62,760 bases of DNA, taken from the NCBI GenBank assembly GCA_049967475.1, contig JBMFSQ010000021.1, positions 1 through 62,760 on the forward strand, given 5' to 3'. Shown here in pieces: positions 47,404 to 57,311 of the stretch. Positions within the stretch are counted from its first letter, which is position 1. The number at the start of each line of letters is the position of its first letter. Source of the stretch: Chthonomonadales bacterium (GTDB taxonomy: Bacteria > Armatimonadota > Chthonomonadetes > Chthonomonadales > CAJBBX01). Position numbers and translations under genes: made by a program. The notes beneath the pieces are model-generated. The model had not been told where the DNA came from. It searched no databases and saw only the letters and a list, made by a program, of their open reading frames with translations.

Positions 47404-47781
47404 ATGCCGCGCGTGAAACGCGGGACGCTCGTACGGAAGCGTCACAACAAGATCCTTGAAGCCGCATCGGGTTACTTCGGCGGCAAGCGGAGCCTCTTCA
47501 AGACTGCCAACGAGCAGTTCATGAAGAGCGGCAATTATGCTTATAGGGACCGGCGGAACAAGAAGCGTGAATTTCGGCGCCTCTGGATTACGCGCATCAG
47601 CGCGGCCTGCCGTCTCAACGGGATTACATACAACCGGTTTATCGAAGGCCTCCATAAAGGCGGCATCGCCGTAGACCGCAAGGTCCTGGCGGATCTGGCG
47701 GTTCGTGATCCCGGCGCCTTCGCCCAACTCATCGTTGCCGCTGTAGGTGATGCGGGATCTGCGGGAAGCGCCGGGGCATAG
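47404..47781 (+). CDS. rplT: 50S ribosomal protein L20
   Basis: [37 protein letters not shown]. Confidence 0.97.
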   Translation: MPRVKRGTLVRKRHNKILEAASGYFGGKRSLFKTANEQFMKSGNYAYRDRRNKKREFRRLWITRISAACRLNGITYNRFIEGLHKGGIAVDRKVLADLAVRDPGAFAQLIVAAVGDAGSAGSAGA

Positions 47782-47807
47782 ACACCATACCAAGACGGGC
47801 GGTTAGC

Positions 47808-47866
47808 CGCCCCGGCAGCCCTTCCCCACCCATTCCACTCTCCAGGGGCGGCTGCCGGGGCGTTTT
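47808..47866 (+). terminator. Intrinsic terminator or attenuator-like hairpin between rplT and pheS
   Basis: 13-bp perfect stem CGCCCCGGCAGCC(47808-47820)/GGCTGCCGGGGCG(47850-47862) followed by TTTT. Confidence 0.55.
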
Positions 47867-47871
47867 GCCGA

Positions 47872-48879
47872 ATGGACCAAGCCGCAGATACACCCACAAT
47901 GAACGAAATAGATGAGCTGGAGGCGAGCGCCGAACGGGACATTAAGAGGGCTTCCTCTACCCCAGACCTCGCCGCCGTGGAAACGCGCTATCTCGGTTCC
48001 AAAGGACAACTCCAGGTGCTCTTGAGGCGCATCGGATCTTTGCCGAAGGAACAGCGCCCCACATACGGCGCTCGTCTCAACCAAGCGAAGGAGCGCATTA
48101 CCCACCTCATAGCCGACCGGCGCCGGGAGATGGAATATGCCGAAGTGCAGCGCCGCCTGGAGGCCGAGCGTCTGGACGTAACCCTTCCCGGCCGCCCGCT
48201 TCCGATTGGGCGCCTCCACCCCCTCACGCAAACGATGAACCAGGTGGTCGAGGTCCTCAGCGGTTTGGGCTTCCAGTTTGTGGAGGGGCCCGAACTAGAG
48301 GATTACACCTACAACTTTCAGGCGCTCAACTACCCGGAAGACCACCCGGCCTTCGATGAAATGATGACCTTCTATGTGGACGATCAGCGCCTCCTCCGCA
48401 CGCAGACGACGGCTCTGCAGGGACGCGTGATGCAGCGCCGGAAGCCTCCCTTCCGCATCGCCACCACGGGCCGATGCTTCCGCTACGAGGCTGTAGATGC
48501 CACGCACCATCACACCTTCCACCAAGTGGACGTGTTTATGGTGGATGAGGGCATTTCCATGGCCGATCTGAAGGGGACGCTTCGCCAATTTGCCGGCGCC
48601 ATGTTCGGCGGCGACGTAAAGGTGCGCTTCCGGCCCGATTTCTTCCCCTTCGTGGAACCCGGGGTGGATTACGCCATCTTCTGGCATGATCACTGGTTGG
48701 AGCTGGGCGGGGCTGGGCTCATCCATCCGAATATTCTGGAACGCTTCGGGATGGATAGTGAACGATGGACCGGCTTTGCCTTCGGTCTCGGCATCGAGCG
48801 CATCCACATGATCCAGCACGGTGTAAACGATTTGAGGCTCTATCTCGAGAACGACTTGCGCTTCCTTTCCCAGTTCTGA
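47872..48879 (+). CDS. pheS: Phenylalanine--tRNA ligase alpha subunit
   Basis: GRLHP, NFQALN..DHPA, LLRTQT, DATH..FHQ, FPFVEP, GFAFGLGIER, NDLRFL; start 47872 or 47899. Confidence 0.96.
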   Translation: MDQAADTPTMNEIDELEASAERDIKRASSTPDLAAVETRYLGSKGQLQVLLRRIGSLPKEQRPTYGARLNQAKERITHLIADRRREMEYAEVQRRLEAERLDVTLPGRPLPIGRLHPLTQTMNQVVEVLSGLGFQFVEGPELEDYTYNFQALNYPEDHPAFDEMMTFYVDDQRLLRTQTTALQGRVMQRRKPPFRIATTGRCFRYEAVDATHHHTFHQVDVFMVDEGISMADLKGTLRQFAGAMFGGDVKVRFRPDFFPFVEPGVDYAIFWHDHWLELGGAGLIHPNILERFGMDSERWTGFAFGLGIERIHMIQHGVNDLRLYLENDLRFLSQF

Positions 48880-48907
48880 GCCACCGCGCCTTCAATGAGC
48901 ACAGACG

Positions 48908-50962
48908 ATGCTTCTACCTGTAGAATGGCTTCATGAGTTTGTAGACGCCCCGAGCGATCCACAGGATCTGGCCCACCGCCTCACCATGGCGGGCTTGGAG
49001 GTGGAGGGAACCGAGCACTCCACCCTGGGGGCGGTTCTCAATATCAAGGTGACGCCGAACCGAGGGGACTGCCTCTCCGTCATCGGTATTGCACGGGAGG
49101 TGGCTGCTGCCTATGGTTTGACCCTGCGGGTTCCCGATGGCGCGCCATCCTCCGAGCCAGGCGATGCCATACGCTACGCCACCGTCACCATCCAAGCTCC
49201 GGACCTGTGTCCGCGCTATGCCGCCCGCATCATCCGGAACGTGCGCATAGGCCCATCTCCTCAGTGGATGCAGCGCCGGCTTGAAGCCGCGGGAATGCGG
49301 CCCGTAAACAACGTTGTGGATGTAACGAATTACGTGATGCTGGAGACTGGCCAGCCGCTTCACGCCTTCGATTACGATCGCATCGCAGGGCACTGCATCA
49401 TCGTGCGCCGGGCAAAAGCGGCCGAGAAGATGCGGACGTTGGACGGCGTTGAGCGGACACTTCCGGAAGGATCGCTCGTGATCGCGGATGCCTATGCTCC
49501 GGTTGCAGTGGCGGGCGTGATGGGGGGCGCCGAGAGCGAGGTGAACCTCCGGACCCAAACGGTGTTGCTGGAATCTGCGCACTTCAGCCCGTCCTCGGTG
49601 CGCAAAACAGCGCGGGCGTTGGGGCTGCAGACGGAGGCATCCTATCGCTTCGAGCGGATTGTAGATCCTGAAGGTGTCGCTGCCGCTTCCCACCGAGCGT
49701 GCGAACTCATCTCCCAGCTCGGCGCCGGAGAACCGGTAGAGGGCATTCTCGACGTTTATCCCGGCCGGAAGCCTCGCCGAGAACTCGAGCTGCGGCCCAA
49801 GCGGGCCTCTCTCCTGTTGGGCTACGTCGTTGGCGCAGATGAATTGGCTGGAGTGTTGGCCCCACTCGGGTTCGAAGCCAGGGCCTCTGCAGATAAGCGC
49901 TGCGTTGAGGTTGCAGTGCCGTCGTGGCGGCCCGACGTCGTGCGCGAAGTGGATCTGATAGAAGAGGTTGGCCGCGTCCTGGGTTACGAGCGCATCCCCG
50001 AGCGGCTTCCCGTCGGCACCACGCTGCAAGGCGGCCCCAGCGACATGCAGCGGTTTATGGGTGAAGTGCGCCGCGTGCTTACAGGGGTAGGGCTTCAGGA
50101 AGTAGTCTGCCACAGCCTCCTGCCCGAGACTGCGCTGGATGCTTCATGGGATGCCGGAGAGCGGGTAGCGATCCGGAACGCGCTTTCAGCCGAACTTTCG
50201 GGCCTTCGGCGGTCGCTCCTCCCGGGGCTTGCCGAGGTGCTCGCGCGGAACGCACGGCGCAGCCAGGGTCCCCTGGCTTTCTTCGAGGTAGGAAGGGTAT
50301 TCTCGCGGCATGAAGCAGAATATCGGGAGCGGGTTCATGTAGGCGGCATCCTCTGTGGGCCTCTGGCCGCTCGGTTCTGGCAGCGGAGCATTCCCCCCAT
50401 CACAGCGGATTTTTACACTGCCCGAGGAATAGTGGAAGGCCTATGTGCCGGCCTTCATTGTCCTCGGCCGGGCTTCTTAGCGTCTTCCGATCCATGCCTC
50501 CATCCTGGGCGGAGTGCACGCATCCTTCTTGCGGGCAAGACCACTGGGTGGGTGGGCGAGATCCATCCCGACCTTGCGCCTCGGCTTCGCACGAGAGACC
50601 GCATCGTTGCCTTCGAGATGGATGCTGAGGCGCTTATGGAAATGGCCGGCGAACGGGCCGGCTTCAAACCGCTGAGCCCCTATCCTGCGGTGGTGCGCGA
50701 TCTGGCTCCACGCGTGCGTATGGATCTGCAATTTGCAGACCTCCAAGAGGCAATCCAGAAGAATGCACCCTCCATCCTGGAGCGGTACGAGCTCGTGGAT
50801 GTATTTGCGGGTCCGCCGCTGCCGCCGGGATTGCAAAGCTTCACCCTCTCCTTTACATTCCGGGCGCATGACCGCACGCTAACGGAGCACGACGTGGCAG
50901 CCGCCATGGACCAGATCCGCTCGGCCCTGCAAGATGCGTGCGGAGCTGTGTTCCCTGCCTGA
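48908..50962 (+). CDS. pheT: Phenylalanine--tRNA ligase beta subunit (short form lacking the B2 OB domain)
   Basis: VTPNRGDCLS, NNVVDVTNY, GQPLHAFD, EASYRFER, DLIEEVGR, FDX-ACB C-terminus; 684 aa. Confidence 0.95.
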   Translation: MLLPVEWLHEFVDAPSDPQDLAHRLTMAGLEVEGTEHSTLGAVLNIKVTPNRGDCLSVIGIAREVAAAYGLTLRVPDGAPSSEPGDAIRYATVTIQAPDLCPRYAARIIRNVRIGPSPQWMQRRLEAAGMRPVNNVVDVTNYVMLETGQPLHAFDYDRIAGHCIIVRRAKAAEKMRTLDGVERTLPEGSLVIADAYAPVAVAGVMGGAESEVNLRTQTVLLESAHFSPSSVRKTARALGLQTEASYRFERIVDPEGVAAASHRACELISQLGAGEPVEGILDVYPGRKPRRELELRPKRASLLLGYVVGADELAGVLAPLGFEARASADKRCVEVAVPSWRPDVVREVDLIEEVGRVLGYERIPERLPVGTTLQGGPSDMQRFMGEVRRVLTGVGLQEVVCHSLLPETALDASWDAGERVAIRNALSAELSGLRRSLLPGLAEVLARNARRSQGPLAFFEVGRVFSRHEAEYRERVHVGGILCGPLAARFWQRSIPPITADFYTARGIVEGLCAGLHCPRPGFLASSDPCLHPGRSARILLAGKTTGWVGEIHPDLAPRLRTRDRIVAFEMDAEALMEMAGERAGFKPLSPYPAVVRDLAPRVRMDLQFADLQEAIQKNAPSILERYELVDVFAGPPLPPGLQSFTLSFTFRAHDRTLTEHDVAAAMDQIRSALQDACGAVFPA

Positions 50963-50987
50963 TCACTGAGGGACAAGGGTAACGTGT

Positions 50988-52646
50988 GTGGCGTCTGAGC
51001 CCAAGCAGCAGGTGTGGCGCCTCATCCTTGCGGGAAGCATCGCCCTCGCAGCGGTGGCGTTGCGGCTGTGGGGCATTCGGTGGGCGCTCCCTAATGCGCA
51101 GCACATCTTCTCGTACCACCCGGATGAAGGGGTGAACCTCGTCAACGGGGTGCTTCAAAACGGCGTTGCCCGGCCGCATCTGCTTTTGAGCTTCTACAAC
51201 TACGGGACCCTCTATTTCTATTTGTGGCAGGCGGCGGTTGCCATCGAGCAGACCTACGGCTTCATTCCAGCGTCTATTCCGGCAGGCACGGCTGTGGGGG
51301 ATGCGATGGCTCCGCTGCTTTTGGCCGGCCGCGTCGTGAGCGCATGCTGCGGCCTGCTCACCGTTTGGGTGGTGTATTGCGCTGGGAAGCGGTTGTACGG
51401 CTGGAAGGCGGGATTGGCGGCTGCAGCGGTATATGCCGTGGCCCCAGCCGCGGTGCTCGATGCCCATTTCGCCACCGTAGACGTGGCGGCCACGCTCTTC
51501 GTGGCACTCGCTTTGTTGATGGCGTCGCGACTTCTGAGTACGCAGCGTATTGTGGACGTAGCTGTTGCAGGGGCCGTTTGCGGCTGCGCCGCGGCCACCA
51601 AGTACACGGCGGTCCTCGCTGTCGTGGCTCCTGCAGCGGCCTTGGTTTTGGCTGGGAAGGGGGCGGCGGCCTCCGGAGTGACACGAAGCCGGCCGGTTGC
51701 CCGCCTAACAGGCAATTTGGCACTCCTTGGTGCTTCCGCTGCGGCGGGCTTCTTGATAACATGTCCTGCTGCCTTTTTGGACACGCAGCGCTTCTTGCGG
51801 GATGTGGCTTTCGAGGCGTCCAAGTCCCAACAGGGGATGGGAGTGCTCTTCGCCCATACGGGCAACGGATGGGTGTACCACTTGGTGTGGTCTTTGCGGT
51901 TTGGGCTTGGCGCGCCTCTGCTCCTATGGGCCGTGTTGGCAGTGGCGGGCGGTGTGCGGCGGCGCTCGCCTGCCGATCTGCTTCTCCTCGCTTTTGTAGC
52001 GGCGTACTACGGCGTCATCGGCGCCGCGCAGGTGCGGTTTCTAAGGTATGTTGTGCCGCTCTTTCCTGCCCTAGCACTTTTGTGCGGAGCAATGGCCGTG
52101 CAGTGGGGAGCGAGGCTCCCCGGCGTGCTGGCAGCCGCCGCCGGTGTGGCGGCACTCGTGGTAGCCGGGATTACTTCCGCCGGGCTGGATCATGTGATGG
52201 TGATGCCCGATGCACGGGATCGGGCGCTGGCATTCTTGGAGCAGACGGCTCCGCTGGGCAGCTCTGTGGCGCTGGCGACGACGCCGTGGTATTGGACGCC
52301 GCCATTGGCGCCGGAATTCACCGCACCCGATCCCCGCATACGCCGCAAGGCTGCGGAGAGCCTGACGCGCTTCCACATACGCCTCCCAGCTCCAGGTACC
52401 GAACTGGACGAGGGGGTCTTTGAACCCGATATGCCCGCCTACGTAATTCTTTCGGATCTGGAAACAGAGGATTGGGAACGGCTTCGGTACCCTCCCTGGC
52501 TTCGTTTCCAAAGTCGCCTGGCGGGCTACAAAGCCCACGTGTTTCAAAATGTGCCGGAATGGGCCGGAATATCCTTAGGAAAGGGCCGCTACGTGCCCAA
52601 CGACCTGTTGTACGTGTATCCTCGGATTACCGTATATACTCGATGA
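50988..52646 (+). CDS. GT-C fold membrane glycosyltransferase (ArnT/PMT-like)
   Basis: First-loop HPDE motif, many TM helices, AHFATVD, ATKY, RYVVP. Confidence 0.8.
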   Translation: MASEPKQQVWRLILAGSIALAAVALRLWGIRWALPNAQHIFSYHPDEGVNLVNGVLQNGVARPHLLLSFYNYGTLYFYLWQAAVAIEQTYGFIPASIPAGTAVGDAMAPLLLAGRVVSACCGLLTVWVVYCAGKRLYGWKAGLAAAAVYAVAPAAVLDAHFATVDVAATLFVALALLMASRLLSTQRIVDVAVAGAVCGCAAATKYTAVLAVVAPAAALVLAGKGAAASGVTRSRPVARLTGNLALLGASAAAGFLITCPAAFLDTQRFLRDVAFEASKSQQGMGVLFAHTGNGWVYHLVWSLRFGLGAPLLLWAVLAVAGGVRRRSPADLLLLAFVAAYYGVIGAAQVRFLRYVVPLFPALALLCGAMAVQWGARLPGVLAAAAGVAALVVAGITSAGLDHVMVMPDARDRALAFLEQTAPLGSSVALATTPWYWTPPLAPEFTAPDPRIRRKAAESLTRFHIRLPAPGTELDEGVFEPDMPAYVILSDLETEDWERLRYPPWLRFQSRLAGYKAHVFQNVPEWAGISLGKGRYVPNDLLYVYPRITVYTR

Positions 52647-52758
52647 TGCCGGCGCCGGCAGATCGGCGGCAGCAGGCGCCGGGCAGGAATAGATCGCTGT
52701 CGTGGGGAAAGGGGCCCTGCACAACGGAGGATCGGCCGCCTGCCGAGGGCATGATGGG

Positions 52759-53634
52759 ATGGACGAATGGATCGCAGCATTCATAGCACACCTGGTTGCC
52801 GAGCGTGACCTCAGCCCCAACACGGTGAGCGCCTACCGAAGAGACCTCTCCCAATTTGCCGCATTTCTGGATGCGGAAAGGATCGCGCCTGCAAATGTGG
52901 CCGAGGCGCATGTCGCCCGCTTCGCGCAGGCGCTGGCAGACAGCGGGCTCTCGCCCGCCTCCATAGCGCGAAAGTTGACTGCTGTGAGAGTGTTCGCCCG
53001 TTTCCTGGTATCCGAGGAGCTGCTGGCGCGCGATTTCACCGAATTGATGGAACCGAGAAAGGCACATCGGAAACTCCCGCGAACCCTTTCTGTGTCGCGG
53101 ACGGCGAAGCTCGTGGAGGCCGCTTCCGGGCAAAGGGTCAAGGATCTGCGGGATCGCGCTCTTGTGGAACTGTTGTATGCCACGGGATTGCGCGTGTCTG
53201 AAGCAGTGGGCCTCCGGCTGCGCGATGTGGACTTGCAGGAGGGCTGGGTACGGTGTGTGGGCAAAGGTTCCAAGGAGCGCATCGTGCCGATCGGGAAGCC
53301 GGCATGCGGCTGGTTGCAGGACTATCTCCATGCCCGTGCGGCGGAGGGCACCGCCAGTTCGTACCTTTTCCCGGGGCGAGGAGATCGGCCGCTTTCGCGT
53401 CAGGAGGCATGGAGGGTGGTAAAGCGTTGTGCGCTCCGAGCAGGCATCGGCCAACGGGTGACGCCCCATACGCTCCGCCACTCCTTCGCAACCCATCTCC
53501 TCGCGGGTGGGGCCGATATTCGCAGCATCCAAGAGATGCTCGGCCACGCCCGCCTCGCGACTACCCAAATCTATGCGCATGTAGATATGGACCGCGTGAA
53601 GGACGCATACCGCCGGAGCCACCCGCGCGCATGA
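52759..53634 (+). CDS. xerD: Tyrosine recombinase XerD
   Basis: LSPNTVSAYRRDL, YATGLRVSE, GKGSKER, PHTLRHSFATHLL, LGH, TTQIY, HPRA end; precedes deoB. Confidence 0.88.
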   Translation: MDEWIAAFIAHLVAERDLSPNTVSAYRRDLSQFAAFLDAERIAPANVAEAHVARFAQALADSGLSPASIARKLTAVRVFARFLVSEELLARDFTELMEPRKAHRKLPRTLSVSRTAKLVEAASGQRVKDLRDRALVELLYATGLRVSEAVGLRLRDVDLQEGWVRCVGKGSKERIVPIGKPACGWLQDYLHARAAEGTASSYLFPGRGDRPLSRQEAWRVVKRCALRAGIGQRVTPHTLRHSFATHLLAGGADIRSIQEMLGHARLATTQIYAHVDMDRVKDAYRRSHPRA

Positions 53635-53693
53635 CGACCTGCCGCTTTCCTGCTTCGTCGGCAGGGTAATGTGCGGCACGAAGGCTAATTCAC

Positions 53694-54869
53694 GTGATGA
53701 AGCGTGTGTTCGTTCTTGTTTTGGATGGCGTCGGCGCCGGGGAGCTTCCCGACGCAGCCGAATACGGCGACACGGGAAGCCACACCCTGCTCCACGTAGC
53801 CCAGGCGGTTGGAGGGTTGAACGTGCCGGCTCTCCAGTCTTTGGGACTCGGCAACCTGATGCCGCTGCCGGGGGTGCTGCCGGAAGCCGTTCCAAGGGGG
53901 TCTTGGGGCCTCATGCGCGAAGCCTCACCAGGCAAGGATTCCGTCACAGGGCACTGGGAAATGATGGGGGTGCTCTTGAAGCGGGCCTTCCCCACGTATC
54001 CCAAGGGATTTCCTCAGAAGTTGGTCCGGCGTTTCGAGGACGCCATCGGCACCCGCGTTTTGGGTAATGTGCCTGCTTCCGGCACCGAGATTATCCAGCG
54101 GCTCGGGGAAGAGCATCTGCGAACAGGCTATCCCATTCTCTATACGTCGGCCGACAGCGTGTTTCAGGTAGCTGCCCACGAGGACGTAGTGCCGGTGGAA
54201 CGCCTCTACGAAATGTGCCGCATCGCTCGCGCCATGCTCGCAGGGGAGCATGCTGTGGGCCGTGTCATTGCGCGGCCCTTCCACGGCACGCCCGGGAACT
54301 TCCGGCGTACCGAACGGCGGAAAGACTTCCCTCTCGATCCGCCCCCGAACATCTTGGACGTCATCGCCTCGGCGGGCATGCGCAACCACGCCATCGGAAA
54401 GATCCATGAATTCTTTGCGGGGCGGTCACTGGCCCTCTGGGATGACACGCGCAACAATGCTCAACACGCAGAGGCGGTGCTCCACGCGGTCCGCGCCTCG
54501 GATGCCTCATTCGTGTTCGCGAACTTCGAGGATTTTGACATGCTCTACGGCCACCGCAACGATCCGCATGGATTTGCTCGTGCCTTGGAGGAGTTCGACG
54601 CGCATCTGGCCCGCATTCTGGATGAACTGCATCCCGAAGATCTCTTGATGCTTACCAGTGACCACGGCAACGATCCCGTGACCCCCTCCACGGATCACAG
54701 CCGCGAGCACGCCTTTCTCCTTGTCTACGGACTTGGCCTCCGGCGCGGAGTGGACCTCGGGGTGCGTCGGACGTTCGCCGATCTGGGAGCCACCGTGCTG
54801 GATGCCTTGGGATTGCCTTCCTGGCCAAGGGGCCGGAGTTTCTTCCCGCTGGTGGCGGCTGGAGGATGA
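53694..54869 (+). CDS. deoB: Phosphopentomutase
   Basis: LDGVGAG, GKDSVTGHWE, YTSADS, RVIARPF, DFDMLYGHRND, DHGNDP. Confidence 0.96.
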   Translation: MMKRVFVLVLDGVGAGELPDAAEYGDTGSHTLLHVAQAVGGLNVPALQSLGLGNLMPLPGVLPEAVPRGSWGLMREASPGKDSVTGHWEMMGVLLKRAFPTYPKGFPQKLVRRFEDAIGTRVLGNVPASGTEIIQRLGEEHLRTGYPILYTSADSVFQVAAHEDVVPVERLYEMCRIARAMLAGEHAVGRVIARPFHGTPGNFRRTERRKDFPLDPPPNILDVIASAGMRNHAIGKIHEFFAGRSLALWDDTRNNAQHAEAVLHAVRASDASFVFANFEDFDMLYGHRNDPHGFARALEEFDAHLARILDELHPEDLLMLTSDHGNDPVTPSTDHSREHAFLLVYGLGLRRGVDLGVRRTFADLGATVLDALGLPSWPRGRSFFPLVAAGG

Positions 54870-54872
54870 CCG

Positions 54873-55250
54873 ATGGTGAGAATCAAGCGCATCTATGAAG
54901 CGCCATCCGCTGACGACGGTGAACGGTACCTCGTGGAGCGCCTTTGGCCGCGCGGCATCGCCAAGGACGCCGCGCAACTTGCAGGTTGGCTCAAAGATGT
55001 GGCGCCGAGCCCCAGTCTGCGGCAATGGTATGGCCACGATCCGGCAAAGTGGCAGGAATTCCGCCGCCGATACCTGGAAGAACTCACCGATGAACAACAT
55101 CGGCCGCACGTAGAGTATCTGCGGGATCGGATGCGCTCAGGCAACGTGACCCTGGTCTTCGCTGCCCGGGACGAACGGCGCAACTCGGCGGCCGTTCTGC
55201 GGGATCATCTTGTGGGACACGCCTCAGAGGCAGAGGATGACACCGATTGA
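54873..55250 (+). CDS. DUF488 (YeaO-like) protein
   Basis: KRIYE..DG.RYLVERLWPRG..WLKDVAPS..LRQWYGHD..F..RY. Confidence 0.9.
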   Translation: MVRIKRIYEAPSADDGERYLVERLWPRGIAKDAAQLAGWLKDVAPSPSLRQWYGHDPAKWQEFRRRYLEELTDEQHRPHVEYLRDRMRSGNVTLVFAARDERRNSAAVLRDHLVGHASEAEDDTD

Positions 55251-56544
55251 TCTGATTGCCCGTAAGCGGGACGGAGGCACGTACAACCGTGACGAAGTGC
55301 GGGCCCTGGTCCAAGCCGTGGTGGACGGATCCATGGCCGATGACCAGATTGCAGCTTGGCTCATGGCCGTGTACCTGCGCGGCATGACGCGGGAGGAGAC
55401 GTTGCATTTGGCCGTTGCCATGGCGGAGATCGGAAGCAGCCCAAGCGTCAAAATGCGCAGGCCCAAGCTGGACAAGCACTCCACAGGCGGGGTAGGCGAC
55501 AAGACCACGCTGGTGGTGGTGCCTCTTTTGGCTGCGTGCGGCGTGCCGATTTTGAAGATGTCCGGAAGGGCCCTGGGTTACTCAGGGGGCACGCTGGACA
55601 AGTTGGAGGCCATCCCCGGCTTTCGCGTAAGCCTCACTCTGGCAGAAGCGTGGCAGCAGGTAGATCGCGTTGGAGCAGCCATCATCGGTCAATCTGCAGA
55701 GCTGGCCCCGGCAGACAAGAAGCTCTATGCCATCCGCGACGTTACCGCTACCGTGGATGCGGTGCCCCTCATCGCCTCCAGCATCATGAGCAAGAAGCTT
55801 GCGGTGGGCGCCGAAGCGCTCGTGCTGGATGTGAAGGTTGGCCGCGGTTCCTTCCTGAAGTCATTGGCCAAGGCGCGGGAACTGGCCGAACTGATGGTAG
55901 AGATCGGCAATGGGGCGGGGATGCGCACGATTGCAGCACTCACGAACATGGAAGAGCCTCTGGGGCTTTGCGTTGGGAATGCGGTTGAGGTTCGCGAAGC
56001 TTGTGACCTCCTCACCGGCCGCGGGTCCTCGGATCGCCGCTTGCGGGATCTGTGCGTGGAACTGGTTGCCCGGGGGCTGTTTGCAGCACAGAACGCAACG
56101 TCTATTGAGGAAGCGCGCAGGCGGGCTCTGGACGCCCTCGCTTCGGGAGCGGGCGCGGCAAAACTTCAACAGATTATCGAAGCTCAGGGCGGCGACCCTC
56201 GAGTAGTGGAAAACCCGTCGCTTCTTCCCCAGGCATCCGCTCGGGTTCGATGCATGGCGCCGATGTCTGGTACGGTGGAGGAAATAGACGCAGAAGCCGT
56301 GGGCCGGTTGGCGGTGGCTTTGGGCGTGGGTCGCACGCGCAAAGAGGATGCCGTGGATCCCTCTGCAGGCGTCATCTTCCATAGGAAAGTTGGGGACCGG
56401 GTGAACGCTGGAGAGGTGTTGGCGGAGGTCCTTGCGCCAACCGAGCAATCCGCTGGTTGGGCGGCAGAGGAGCTTTCCCATATGATTGAGATCGGCCCCG
56501 AAGCGCCTCAGCCGGGGCCCGTGATCTACGAATTCGTGGGCTAA
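55237..56544 (+). CDS. pdp: Pyrimidine-nucleoside / thymidine phosphorylase
   Basis: KRDG, DKHSTGGVGDK, MSGRALG, APADKKLY, SSIMSKK. Confidence 0.93.
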   Translation: MTPIDLIARKRDGGTYNRDEVRALVQAVVDGSMADDQIAAWLMAVYLRGMTREETLHLAVAMAEIGSSPSVKMRRPKLDKHSTGGVGDKTTLVVVPLLAACGVPILKMSGRALGYSGGTLDKLEAIPGFRVSLTLAEAWQQVDRVGAAIIGQSAELAPADKKLYAIRDVTATVDAVPLIASSIMSKKLAVGAEALVLDVKVGRGSFLKSLAKARELAELMVEIGNGAGMRTIAALTNMEEPLGLCVGNAVEVREACDLLTGRGSSDRRLRDLCVELVARGLFAAQNATSIEEARRRALDALASGAGAAKLQQIIEAQGGDPRVVENPSLLPQASARVRCMAPMSGTVEEIDAEAVGRLAVALGVGRTRKEDAVDPSAGVIFHRKVGDRVNAGEVLAEVLAPTEQSAGWAAEELSHMIEIGPEAPQPGPVIYEFVG

Positions 56545-56571
56545 ACAATCCTGAGGCGGGAGAGGTTCAGC

Positions 56572-57267
56572 GTGAAAGATGGGGGGATGCCCGGCATCAA
56601 GGATATGCCGAGTGAGGAGCGGCCGAGGGAACGCCTGCTTCGGTACGGGCCGAAGGCGCTAGACAACGCCAGCCTCCTTGCCATCGTATTGCGCACGGGA
56701 ACGCGGAGCTCCTCGGCTTTGGTCCTTGCCCAAACGCTCTTAGCCCGGTATGGCGGGCTGCAGGGTGTGGCCCGCGCACCCATCGCAGACCTCTGCAGCA
56801 TTCGGGGCATCGGAACGACGAAAGGCGTGCAGATTGCAGCCTGTGTGGAACTCGGCAAGCGTATTGGCGCTGTGATGGCCCAGGAGGCTCCAAACATCAC
56901 CGCCCCGGAGGAGGCTGTGCGCATTTTCATCTCCATGATTCCAGACGACACCAAAGAAACCTTCATGGCGCTGATCCTCAACACCAAGAACCGCCTGCTC
57001 AAGGCTCATGTGGTGTCGGTGGGGACCCTCAACGCGAGCCTCGTCCATCCGAGGGAGGTGTTTCGCGAAGCAATCGCGGAGGGAGGGGCCGCCGTTCTTG
57101 TGGGTCATAACCACCCCAGCGGCGACCCTGCACCGAGTTCGGAGGACCGCCAGGTGACTGCCCGCCTTGTGGAGGCAGGCAAACTGTTGGGCATAGAAGT
57201 ACTGGACCACATCGTAATTGGCTCCCAAACGCGGTGGGTGAGCTTTCACGAGAGCGGGCTCCTGTAG
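56572..57267 (+). CDS. radC: RadC/JAB-domain protein
   Basis: ERPRERL, HhH, VHPREVF, HNHPSGD..PS.ED, LDHIVI; start 56572 or 56587. Confidence 0.93.
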   Translation: MKDGGMPGIKDMPSEERPRERLLRYGPKALDNASLLAIVLRTGTRSSSALVLAQTLLARYGGLQGVARAPIADLCSIRGIGTTKGVQIAACVELGKRIGAVMAQEAPNITAPEEAVRIFISMIPDDTKETFMALILNTKNRLLKAHVVSVGTLNASLVHPREVFREAIAEGGAAVLVGHNHPSGDPAPSSEDRQVTARLVEAGKLLGIEVLDHIVIGSQTRWVSFHESGLL

Positions 57268-57311
57268 GGTTGCCCCGCGGAAACGTCGAAGTACCTGCGG
57301 GGGTATGGTAA

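Noticed and set aside
52759..53634. Tyrosine recombinase as a prophage or island integrase
   Set aside because: Chromosomal XerD-type sequence in xerD-deoB-pdp context; no att repeats, phage genes or obvious compositional shift
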